The position numbers and the translations under genes are program-made. A stretch of DNA of 26,462 nucleotides. Origin: a candidate division WOR-3 bacterium. Its GTDB lineage: Bacteria; Hydrothermota; Hydrothermia; Hydrothermales; Hydrothermaceae. Below, one piece after another: positions 9,393 to 17,503 of this stretch. Positions within the stretch are counted from its first letter, which is position 1. Every line of letters begins with the position of its first letter. The stretch is taken from the NCBI GenBank assembly GCA_039803745.1, contig JBDRZD010000026.1, positions 1 through 26,462 of the forward strand, in the 5' to 3' direction. Below the pieces are notes generated by a model. The model did no database searches. It was not told the origin of the DNA and was given only the letters and a program-made list of their open reading frames with translations.

Positions 9393-10570
9393 ACTCTCCT
9401 TTCTTTTTCATAAGGAGGTAAAAGCCATATCAAAAAAAGAAGAATTAAAAATGGTAAAAATAGTAATCCCATACTTGCATATATCCCCTCTCTTCCTATA
9501 AGCCCCAATTTATATATTGTTAAACCTCTTAAACTTTTTGAAAAAAGTTGACCTCCTATAACAACATTCCATCTTGTTGCAAAAATACCAATTAAAACCA
9601 TAACACTCACTAAAAAATATGTGAACTTCTTTGCACTATCAGATGAACCAAATATTCTTATATAACCTAAAAAAAGAATTGGTAAAATTGCTCCTATTAG
9701 TATTTGAAATATAAAAAGGGAAATAAATAGTTTTCCTTTTATAAGAATTTGAAACATATCAAAGAACTCTTCTGCTTCATAAATTCTTTGAACAAGATCA
9801 AGCATCTCAAGGGAAAAATCTATTATTATTGAATATAAAAGATATTTTGCCATTGCATCAAGACAGGGAATTGAGGGCTCTTTCCCTTTCAAATAATTCA
9901 AAACCATGTAAATGAAAATGACAAGGGCAATACCTGAAACCATTGCTGAAAAAAGGAAAATAACTGGCATTATAACACTTGACCACCAAGGATTTGCTTT
10001 AACAGAACCAAATATGAATCCAACATATCCATGCAAAAGGATTGCAGAAGGTATACCTATTACTGCAATAAATTTACTGAACCTTTTATCAAAATCTTCT
10101 ATTTCTTCATTTATCTCTTTCACACCAAGTGTCAAAATTTTATAAATAAATCCTTTTATTCCTTTATTTATTTTTGAAAATTCAATTATCTCTTTTCTAT
10201 ATTCAAGCCATATTTCTATTAATAAAATTGCCATTAAATACCATATATAAACAAATCCAAAAACTGCCATAGCAGATGAAAGATGAGGGGTTAAAAATAT
10301 CTCAAAACCCCTGAAAGGATGGGTAATATGGAAAACAAGTGGGAGCGGAGCACAAATCAAAAAAGCAAGGGCAGTTAAAAGGGAAAGCCTGTAAGTCGGT
10401 CTTACATCCCTTATTTCAAAAACTTTTTCTAAGGAAGCAAGAATGAATGCACCTGCAACAAGCCCTGTTATATATGGATAAAGAACAATTAATATACTCC
10501 ATCTTAGTTCTATTTCATTTGGATATATAAAACCCTCTATACTTCTTAAAACCTCATACAAATGTTCCAT
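9389..10570 (-). CDS. NrfD/PsrC-family membrane quinone-interacting subunit (CbcU-like)
   Basis: W..LIVLYPYITGLVAG, H..HP.R, TP..SSAM, RWNVVIGGQ; about 10 hydrophobic segments; follows an NrfC-like gene. Confidence 0.9.
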   Translation of the reverse strand: MEHLYEVLRSIEGFIYPNEIELRWSILIVLYPYITGLVAGAFILASLEKVFEIRDVRPTYRLSLLTALAFLICAPLPLVFHITHPFRGFEIFLTPHLSSAMAVFGFVYIWYLMAILLIEIWLEYRKEIIEFSKINKGIKGFIYKILTLGVKEINEEIEDFDKRFSKFIAVIGIPSAILLHGYVGFIFGSVKANPWWSSVIMPVIFLFSAMVSGIALVIFIYMVLNYLKGKEPSIPCLDAMAKYLLYSIIIDFSLEMLDLVQRIYEAEEFFDMFQILIKGKLFISLFIFQILIGAILPILFLGYIRIFGSSDSAKKFTYFLVSVMVLIGIFATRWNVVIGGQLFSKSLRGLTIYKLGLIGREGIYASMGLLFLPFLILLFLIWLLPPYEKERRV

Positions 10571-10575
10571 TTCTA

Positions 10576-11307
10576 TTATCTTACCTCCATATCCATATCC
10601 TTATAATAAACTTTTGGATGGGTTCTCAAATGGGGTTTTAATACCTGAAGTGGATAACTTTTTAAAAATTTATAAACAGGACTATCAGGATCATCTATCT
10701 TACCAAAAATTCTTGCATTTTGTGGGCACACAAGAACACAAACAGGTAAAAGCCCCTTTTTTATTCTATGATAACAGAATGTGCATTTATCAGGTGTTTT
10801 TGTTTCTGGATGAAAATACCTTGCACCATATGGACATGCCTGAATACAATAACCACAACCTATACAATATTTCTTATCAACAAGAACAACACCATCATCT
10901 GTTTCATAAGTTGCCCCTACAGGACAAACTTGAACACATGGGGCTTCTTCACATTGATTACAGAGTTTTGGAACAAAAAAACTCTTTGCTATCTTTTTTG
11001 GAGGATTAATCTTTTTAAATCCATTAAATCCGCCATCAGGTGATTCAACATAAACCTCACCATCCTCAAAGATAATATATCTTTCTATCCATGTCCTAAA
11101 ATAAAATGGATACTTTGGAACATTATTTTCCTCTTTGCAAGCCCTTACACACTCTCCACATCCAATACATTTACTTATATCAATTACCATTCCAAATTTA
11201 TTTTTACCATATCTAAAAGTTTGAACAATAAAATTTAAAAGTTCATTTTTAAAAAAGGGAGTTAAAATAAAAAACTTTAATTTATTTATAAAATCTCTTC
11301 TTGTCAT
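10576..11307 (-). CDS. NrfC/PsrB-family 4x[4Fe-4S] protein (CbcT-like), Tat signal
   Basis: MTRRDF; Cys groups CIGCGECVRAC, CNQCEEAPCVQVCP, CIGCGYCIQACP and CTFC...CVLVCP. Confidence 0.94.
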   Translation of the reverse strand: MTRRDFINKLKFFILTPFFKNELLNFIVQTFRYGKNKFGMVIDISKCIGCGECVRACKEENNVPKYPFYFRTWIERYIIFEDGEVYVESPDGGFNGFKKINPPKKIAKSFFVPKLCNQCEEAPCVQVCPVGATYETDDGVVLVDKKYCIGCGYCIQACPYGARYFHPETKTPDKCTFCYHRIKKGLLPVCVLVCPQNARIFGKIDDPDSPVYKFLKSYPLQVLKPHLRTHPKVYYKDMDMEVR

Positions 11308-11774
11308 TTTATAGAAGGATTATGAGGTATATGGCATTCAATACATTCTTCATCGGGATTATGTTCTTTCTCGTTAACCTGTGGAAAAGATGAAGGTCTT
11401 GATTCAATTTCAAAATGGCAAATACCACAAGAATTTCTTTTCATCTCTTTTAAAGGTTTATTTTCATCAGGATTTTCTATGTGGGCTGAAAGTGCCCCAT
11501 GACATACCTGACAATTTAAACTCTTGTGTGAATAAGAAATAACTTTTTTATACTCTTCTTCATGACAACTTTCACATTCCTTTATATCAGCATATTTTGT
11601 AGGCAAATTTATATTATCAGCAATTGAATCAGCCCTGTAATGCCCAAATTTTCCAAAACTCTTTGGAATCAAAAATGGTCTTAATATTATAAAAATTATC
11701 AAAATTCCAAAATAAATTCCAAAAAGCCTTTTTATATGAGAATACTTAGAGATTTCCTTTTTCCCCTCTTTCAT
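11304..11774 (-). CDS. Membrane-anchored tetraheme cytochrome c (CbcS-like)
   Basis: N-terminal TM helix, PKSFGKFGHYRA, 4 CxxCH (CESCH, CQVCH, CGICH, CIECH); directly upstream of the NrfC/NrfD pair. Confidence 0.88.
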   Translation of the reverse strand: MKEGKKEISKYSHIKRLFGIYFGILIIFIILRPFLIPKSFGKFGHYRADSIADNINLPTKYADIKECESCHEEEYKKVISYSHKSLNCQVCHGALSAHIENPDENKPLKEMKRNSCGICHFEIESRPSSFPQVNEKEHNPDEECIECHIPHNPSIK

Positions 11775-12811
11775 ATTCCAAAAATTACATCAAATCCTTC
11801 TTCTTTCAATTTTAAGATCCAAACCTTTTTCTTTTGAACATACAATTTTTTAATGGAATTGTTTAAATTTTCCCTGTTATAAAATCTCAGATTCTCAAAA
11901 CATTTTGATAAAAAATGGACTGATTCATAAGAGAGGGCAGAAAGAAAATTTGGTTTTTTACCATATTCTATTTCAAATTCATTTATAAAATCTCTATATT
12001 CTTCTATTTCTATATCAGGATGGAATGGTGAAGATATAAAAACTTTAATTTCCTTTTTGGAATAATTTTTAAGTTCTTTTACAACCTCTTCAGAATACCA
12101 TCCATCCCCTCCTAAAAATATGGGTGTAAAATTTTCGCCTATACATTTTTTAACAAAAAAAATTGCTTCCTCCGCATAAAGGGGTGCAAATATTCCGGAA
12201 GGATTAACCTTTTTTAAATAAGAAATTTTTGAAATAATATTCTCCCTATCAAATTCTTCAACTGCTAATATTTTTCCACCCATTTCTTGAATAGATTTTT
12301 TAAACTCTTCAAAAAGTACTTTTGAATAAGGCTCATCCTTTTTATATATTATTGCAAATTTATCAATTCCATAATATTCTATTGCAAATTTTGCAATAGC
12401 CTTTGCTTGATCTATATCAGAATAGGTCATACTATGGATATAATTTTTGTCCTTTGTAATAAAAGGAGAAGTTGCTGTAGGCGTTAGGAGTGGAATTTTA
12501 TTTTCTTCACATAAAGAAGAAGCATATAGGGCAAATTTTGAAATAAGTGGACCTATAATACATAAAAAATTTTCATCCTTTAAAATTTCCTCAATTTTTA
12601 TTTTTAAATTTTCTGAATCGGATTTAAAATCAAATATTTCAATTTCAAAGGGGAGTTTTAAATTATTTTTCTTAAAAAAATCAACTCCTAAAAGAGCCTC
12701 ATTTGCGTAATTGGAATATTTACCTGTTAATTCAAAAAGAATTGCAACTTTTAATTCCCTCTTTTCCTTACATAAAAGAAAGAGAAAAAAAAATATTAAA
12801 AATTTCCTCAT
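11771..12811 (-). CDS. LivJ/LivK-like (type I periplasmic-binding fold) putative lipoprotein
   Basis: Signal ending LLC; LTG, IIGPLIS, PLLTPTAT, QAKAIAKFA, LGGDGW. Confidence 0.85.
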   Translation of the reverse strand: MRKFLIFFFLFLLCKEKRELKVAILFELTGKYSNYANEALLGVDFFKKNNLKLPFEIEIFDFKSDSENLKIKIEEILKDENFLCIIGPLISKFALYASSLCEENKIPLLTPTATSPFITKDKNYIHSMTYSDIDQAKAIAKFAIEYYGIDKFAIIYKKDEPYSKVLFEEFKKSIQEMGGKILAVEEFDRENIISKISYLKKVNPSGIFAPLYAEEAIFFVKKCIGENFTPIFLGGDGWYSEEVVKELKNYSKKEIKVFISSPFHPDIEIEEYRDFINEFEIEYGKKPNFLSALSYESVHFLSKCFENLRFYNRENLNNSIKKLYVQKKKVWILKLKEEGFDVIFGI

Positions 12812-13917
12812 TCAGGTGTCATTGTGAGCACATATTTAAAACCTTCTGGTGAAACTTCTAATATAAAAACATCCCTTAAAGGGTCTTTACCTCTTTTAAA
12901 AGAAATATTTCCTGTTACACCTTGATAATCTATCTCTTTTAAATTTTTTAAAAATTCCATCCTTTCGGGTTTTTCCATCTTTTTAAGTACTTCATAAACT
13001 ATTCCAAGAGCATCATAACAAAGGGCGGATGTAAATTCAGGCTCACTTTTATATTTTTCCTTATATTTCCTGATAAATTCTTTTGTCTTTTCATAGGGCA
13101 AAAAGGGAGTAAAGGGTGAGGAAATGTATGCTTTTACATTTTCAAATATATCTTTATTTTTGCTTATAAGTTCATAGGAATACCATCCATCCCCTCCAAC
13201 AAAAACAGGATTAAATTTTACTTCAAGACACTCTTTTAAAATAAGAGGAACAAAATTCGCATATACTGGAAGAAATAGAACCTCTGGATTGAAAGAACTT
13301 ATCTTATCTATTTTTGAATAAAATATTGTATCATTTTCAAAGAAGTATTCAGATGTAAGAATTTCTCCTCCAAAATTTTTAAAGGAAATTTCAAAATTTC
13401 TTGATAAAACTTCTGAATATGGGTCATTTGCTTCATATAAAATGGCAACCTTTGTTTTTTTAAGTTCTTTATAAATAAATTTTGCAAGAAGACATCCCTG
13501 GATTGAATCAGTAAAAGTTGTTCTGAATACAAAATCACTCATTTTTGTAACAAGTGGATGGGTGGCAGTTGGTGAGATTAAAGGTAAGAAATATTTTTGC
13601 GAAATTGATGCAGCAACAAAAACATTTTTTGAAACAAGAGGACCTACAACGCACAAAACTTCTTTATCCTCTGCTAAAGCGTTTATTAATTCCTTTGTTT
13701 TTGCTGGCAAACCCTTGTTATCTTTTATTAGAATTACAAGATTTCTTCCAAAAAATTTTTCACCCTTTTTTTCTTCAAGAAATATGTTTATTCCATTCAA
13801 AGCATTTTTTCCATAAATTGAAGCAGGACCTTCAAGAGGAATTACAACACCAATCTTAATACTTGGTGCCTTGCATGAAAGAAAAATCAGAAAAATAAAT
13901 ACTATTAATTTTTTCAT
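12808..13917 (-). CDS. LivJ/LivK-like (type I periplasmic-binding fold) lipoprotein
   Basis: Lipobox FLSC; IKIGVVIPLEG, ISPTATHP, VFRTTFTDSIQG, GGDGW, YDA, GVTGNISF. Paralog of 11771..12811. Confidence 0.88.
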   Translation of the reverse strand: MKKLIVFIFLIFLSCKAPSIKIGVVIPLEGPASIYGKNALNGINIFLEEKKGEKFFGRNLVILIKDNKGLPAKTKELINALAEDKEVLCVVGPLVSKNVFVAASISQKYFLPLISPTATHPLVTKMSDFVFRTTFTDSIQGCLLAKFIYKELKKTKVAILYEANDPYSEVLSRNFEISFKNFGGEILTSEYFFENDTIFYSKIDKISSFNPEVLFLPVYANFVPLILKECLEVKFNPVFVGGDGWYSYELISKNKDIFENVKAYISSPFTPFLPYEKTKEFIRKYKEKYKSEPEFTSALCYDALGIVYEVLKKMEKPERMEFLKNLKEIDYQGVTGNISFKRGKDPLRDVFILEVSPEGFKYVLTMTPE

Positions 13918-13952
13918 AATTGTTTTATTATATTAAAAATTATTCTTTGTTT

Positions 13953-14462
13953 TTATTTTTCTTTTGGAACTGGATGCTTTATTTTCTCATAAAATTCTTC
14001 AAACTTGAATTCCTTATATGTGGGGCTATTTTCATTATGGCACTCTATGCAATTCTTTTCTGTAGGTCTTATAAGACCATAATCTTCTGGTTTTGCCTCA
14101 CCACTATAAATTTTCTTCATTACACTCATTGCCTTATATTCAGAACCCGGTCCATGACAATCTTCACAACCTATTCCATTTTCATTATCCTTTCCATTAT
14201 GGCAAGAAAGACATTTTTCAGATTTCTGTGGATCTTCTATTCCCATTTTCTTTGCAATTTCTTTTGATTTTTCAGATGCGAGAGTTTCAAATGCCTTTGA
14301 ATGGTTTGATTTTTCCCATATTTCCCATTGGCTTCCCTTCTTTTCACCCTTGTGGCATACTTTACATTTTTCAGACCCTACATACTCAAACTTCTTTTCC
14401 TCTTTTTTCTCCTGTGCCATACAGAATGTTATTCCTATTACAAGTATAAGTAATTTTTTCAT
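13953..14462 (-). CDS. Soluble periplasmic tetraheme cytochrome c (c554/c552-like)
   Basis: Sec signal, YVGSEKCKVCH, WEKSNHSKAF, 4 CxxCH including GCEDCHGPGS; AGGAGG RBS at 14467-14472. Confidence 0.9.
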   Translation of the reverse strand: MKKLLILVIGITFCMAQEKKEEKKFEYVGSEKCKVCHKGEKKGSQWEIWEKSNHSKAFETLASEKSKEIAKKMGIEDPQKSEKCLSCHNGKDNENGIGCEDCHGPGSEYKAMSVMKKIYSGEAKPEDYGLIRPTEKNCIECHNENSPTYKEFKFEEFYEKIKHPVPKEK

Positions 14463-14474
14463 ATAACCTCCTTT

Positions 14475-15626
14475 TTAAAAACAAAAAAATTTTAAAGTTT
14501 TTAAAAATAAAAAGTCAAACAATCTATTTTTTATGATTAAAAAAATTCTAACTGGATAATAAAGAAAAAAAAGGGGCTCGGGAAGTAAAATAAAATTCAA
14601 AACATTTTCATCAGGATTTAAAAGGGAAAGTGTATGATATATTTTCTGAGGGAATGACTCAATAAAAATTAATGGTAACAAATCCTTTTTAAATCCGTAA
14701 GCCTCTTTTTCTTTTAAAACAAAATCTTTTAAAAAAATTGGTAAATTTTTGAATTTTAAAAAACTTGGTAAATCCGTTTCAAAAATAAAATTTGATAAAG
14801 TTAAACTAAGTTTTACAATTTTTAAAATGTGAAGTATTTTAGAAATTTCATAAACTTTATAAAAATCAATCTCTTTTTTAAATTTCAAAATGAATTTATG
14901 AATATCAAAAAGAAATTTTAAAAGACTGTATTTATGTAAAAATGAATGGATTGAAAGAAGAATTATTTCCCACTCCTTTGAAAAGATATAAATTTTTAAA
15001 CCATTTAAATCAAGATTTTCAAATTCAAAAAATTTCTCAAAATTTTTAATCTTTTTAAATCTTTTTGGAAGAATATCAAAATGAATTTCAACTAAAAAAT
15101 TTTCTTTATAGAGCCTGTATTCATTATATAATCTGAAATGGATTTTTTTTAAAAAGTTTTCCCTTTTTTCATCCAAATCAAAATAAAAACCTTCATTTTT
15201 TAAAATATCAATTGCTTTAAATAAATCCCTTTCAAAAACAAATATATCAATATCATTAAAACTCCTTGAAAATAAATCTTCATAAACTCTTTCAGAAAGC
15301 AAAAAACCCCTTAGAGGGATTGCAATTATATTATTTTCCATTAATTTTTTTAATATATAAATTGTTCTTTCCTTTAAAAATAAAACTCTATCTTTATTTT
15401 TTTCATAAAGAATTTCAAGAATTTTAAAAAAACTTTCAGGAATTAATTCTTTCCTATTTAAAAAAAATTTATAAAAAATTGGATAAATATCTTCACTTAT
15501 CAAAATATTTAAAAATTTTTCCCAATCAATTCTTCCATTTTTTTCAATTTTTTCTTTTCTTAAAATCTCAGTTATTAAACTTTTCTCATAGGAGAAATTA
15601 AAATCTTTGAGTGATCTCAAGCCCAT
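14475..15626 (-). CDS. Nucleotidyltransferase family protein (NTP_transf_5-like, PqqD/RiPP-associated)
   Basis: PLRG...Y....RSFNDIDIFV (LKG/DxD signature), VEIH, IH..H...LKFLFDI; context with PqqD and kinase. Confidence 0.82.
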   Translation of the reverse strand: MGLRSLKDFNFSYEKSLITEILRKEKIEKNGRIDWEKFLNILISEDIYPIFYKFFLNRKELIPESFFKILEILYEKNKDRVLFLKERTIYILKKLMENNIIAIPLRGFLLSERVYEDLFSRSFNDIDIFVFERDLFKAIDILKNEGFYFDLDEKRENFLKKIHFRLYNEYRLYKENFLVEIHFDILPKRFKKIKNFEKFFEFENLDLNGLKIYIFSKEWEIILLSIHSFLHKYSLLKFLFDIHKFILKFKKEIDFYKVYEISKILHILKIVKLSLTLSNFIFETDLPSFLKFKNLPIFLKDFVLKEKEAYGFKKDLLPLIFIESFPQKIYHTLSLLNPDENVLNFILLPEPLFFLYYPVRIFLIIKNRLFDFLFLKTLKFFCF

Positions 15627-16347
15627 TTTGATACAAAAATTCTATATCTTTCCAGAAAATTTTATAAAAAGGCACTTCCTCTACAATTCTCACTAAATCC
15701 CTTAATCCTTTATTTTTTATATATTCCTTTCTATTTATACAAATTGCTGAAAGGTATAAAAAGGCTTTCTTTTTATCCATTAATGTTATCTTATTGATTT
15801 TTGAAGGTATTGGAAATATAAAACATTTTAAAGGGAAAAAATTATCTTTTATTATTTTTTTTGGAAAAACAAAAAATTCTTCAAAATTTTCATCTTCAAT
15901 TGTTTCTTCATCATCCACATATTTTTTAAAATCCCTATGAAGTTTTATTGGCTGGGGATAGGGAAATGAAAAAAATTTATTTTTTATAATAAGAGGTGAA
16001 ATATCATCACTTAAATAAAATAAATTTTTTGAAATTAAAAATGCTAATAGACTTTTACCAACCTTTGTCCTTCCCCCTATTAAAAAAGCCTCTTTACCAT
16101 TTGAAATACTTGATGCATGGAATATTAAAAAATCGTTTATTTTTGGAAATATTTTTTCTCTTATATAAAAATCAAAATAAAGTAAGAGAAAAAAAGGAGA
16201 TTTTTTATAATTTAAATCAAATTTAAAATCACTTTTACCTTTAAAATCTTTAAAGTATTTATAATATTTTTTAAAAATAAAAACTTTATCTCCTTCTTTA
16301 TCTTGAATTTCAATCCTTTTTAATAATATTTTTTTTAATGAATTCAT
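15598..16347 (-). CDS. HPr kinase-related P-loop kinase
   Basis: FHASS, Walker A GRTKVGKS, YLSDD; lacks the N-terminal domain of true HprK. Confidence 0.82.
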   Translation of the reverse strand: MNSLKKILLKRIEIQDKEGDKVFIFKKYYKYFKDFKGKSDFKFDLNYKKSPFFLLLYFDFYIREKIFPKINDFLIFHASSISNGKEAFLIGGRTKVGKSLLAFLISKNLFYLSDDISPLIIKNKFFSFPYPQPIKLHRDFKKYVDDEETIEDENFEEFFVFPKKIIKDNFFPLKCFIFPIPSKINKITLMDKKKAFLYLSAICINRKEYIKNKGLRDLVRIVEEVPFYKIFWKDIEFLYQNGLEITQRF

Positions 16348-16591
16348 TAATTATCTTTATAGTATCCTGTGAAATTTTTTCCTTTTCAACATTTAATGTT
16401 TCAGAAATTATATCAATCATCTCCTTTATTGTAAAATTTCCATCACACATATTAAGTATTACACTTGCACTATTATTTAATAAAAAAACCTCATCATTTA
16501 ATGGATCATAGACCACGCTTCCATCCTCTATATTTTCTATTTTTAAATCTTCTCTTTTTTGGGGCTTAAAATCTAAAGAAATTTCTTTCAA
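16310..16591 (-). CDS. PqqD family protein / stand-alone RiPP recognition element
   Basis: 93 aa; P......IEDGSVVYDP....FLLNNSASVILNMCDG..TI.E.....D....I.EF....II. Confidence 0.9.
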   Translation of the reverse strand: MKEISLDFKPQKREDLKIENIEDGSVVYDPLNDEVFLLNNSASVILNMCDGNFTIKEMIDIISETLNVEKEKISQDTIKIINEFIKKNIIKKD

Positions 16592-16776
16592 AATTTATCT
16601 TCACCTTCTTCATTTTCTTCAAAAAATTTTTTCTCTTTTCCCCCAAATGGTGTTCCTGCCCATAGTTTTTTTTGAGTAAAGGCAATTATAACAGGAACTG
16701 ACCATATACTCATTTTAAGAAGTTTTCTTCTTATTTCATCTATTTTTTCTTCCTTCTTTTTAATTTCTTCTCTCAT
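16588..16776 (-). CDS. Putative RiPP-like precursor peptide with a twin-arginine-like leader
   Basis: AAGGAG RBS at 16782-16787 and ATGA overlap with pqqD. Sequence IRRKLLK-MSIWSVPVIIAF-TQKKLWA|GTPFGG followed by an acidic tail. Confidence 0.72.
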   Translation of the reverse strand: MREEIKKKEEKIDEIRRKLLKMSIWSVPVIIAFTQKKLWAGTPFGGKEKKFFEENEEGEDKF

Positions 16777-16807
16777 ATTTTCTCCTTTGTAAAAAATTTA
16801 TATTTTA

Positions 16808-16836
16808 ATTATACACTAAAAAAAATTAAATTTCAA
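16808..16836 (-). promoter_or_regulatory. Sigma70-type promoter for the peptide/PqqD/kinase/NTase cassette
   Basis: Minus strand TTGAAA (16836-16831), N17, TATAAT (16813-16808). The -35 box lies inside the 3' end of the HAD gene. Confidence 0.65.
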
Positions 16837-17503
16837 TCAAAACAGAGACTATTTTTCTATAATCTTTAAAATTTTCAAAAACAAAATCTGGTGAAAATTT
16901 TTCAAGTTCTTCCTTTTTAAAATTTCCTGTTGCCATCCCAATGGAGATAAATCCTGTTTTTTTTGCAGCAATAATATCTAATGGTGTATCCCCTATTACA
17001 ATAACTTTTTCAATTTCGCATTTTTTATATTTTTCTGCCCTTTCTTTTGCAATTTTAAGGATTTCCTCTCTTTTTTCTGAATCAGATGCAAATGCTCCTA
17101 TTTCAAAAAGATCCCATAACCCTGATGGTAAAAGTTTTATTTTTGCCCCTTCATATATATTACCTGTTGCAATTCCAACTATGAATTCTTTTAATTTTTT
17201 TAATTCAATTATCAATTCCCTTACACCTTCCATAACTCTATAATCTTTATTCCATACAGTTTCCTTTAAATAGTAAAGATAATTTTCAAAGACCTCTTCT
17301 ATTTCCTTTTCATCTGGCTCTTTATTTAAATTTTTTTTAAATATTTCTTTAATTATCTGAGGATCTGTCATTCCATCAGGATTAATACCCTTTAATGGCT
17401 CAGAAATATTATATAATTTTTCAAAAGTTTTTTTAAGCGCACGGGAACCCGCATAACCTGACCATATTAAAGTTCCATCTATATCAAATAAAACAAGTTT
17501 CAT
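16826..17503 (-). CDS. HAD-superfamily hydrolase (phosphoglycolate phosphatase-like)
   Basis: LFDIDGTL, ATGN, IGDTPLD. Confidence 0.92.
   Translation of the reverse strand: MKLVLFDIDGTLIWSGYAGSRALKKTFEKLYNISEPLKGINPDGMTDPQIIKEIFKKNLNKEPDEKEIEEVFENYLYYLKETVWNKDYRVMEGVRELIIELKKLKEFIVGIATGNIYEGAKIKLLPSGLWDLFEIGAFASDSEKREEILKIAKERAEKYKKCEIEKVIVIGDTPLDIIAAKKTGFISIGMATGNFKKEELEKFSPDFVFENFKDYRKIVSVLIEI

Noticed and set aside
9389..11774. Nrf nitrite reductase, polysulfide reductase or alternative complex III
   Set aside because: No CxxCK NrfA, no molybdopterin subunit and no ActB/D/E/F equivalents are in the window, so gene symbols were withheld.
13927..13932. TATAAT 9 nt upstream of the 13917 start (possible internal or near-leaderless promoter)
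   Set aside because: There is no credible -35 box and the hexamer is expected by chance in such AT-rich DNA. It remains possible but unsupported.
15598..16347. True HprK/P of carbon catabolite repression
   Set aside because: It lacks the N-terminal domain and the downstream HprK signature, and the context is PqqD/NTase rather than PTS.
16310..16591. PQQ biosynthesis
   Set aside because: There is no pqqB, pqqC or pqqE, and the peptide lacks the ExxxY motif.
16588..16776. Lasso peptide reading: the core starts with Gly and has Glu at position 8
   Set aside because: The leader has Trp rather than the usual Thr at -2, and no lasso cyclase or B2 protease is in the window. Enzymes acting in trans cannot be excluded.
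1818..17503. Selenocysteine or stop-codon readthrough at the many TGA stops
   Set aside because: The TGA stops are mostly explained by ATGA start/stop coupling, the proteins look complete, and no SECIS-like hairpin was evident.
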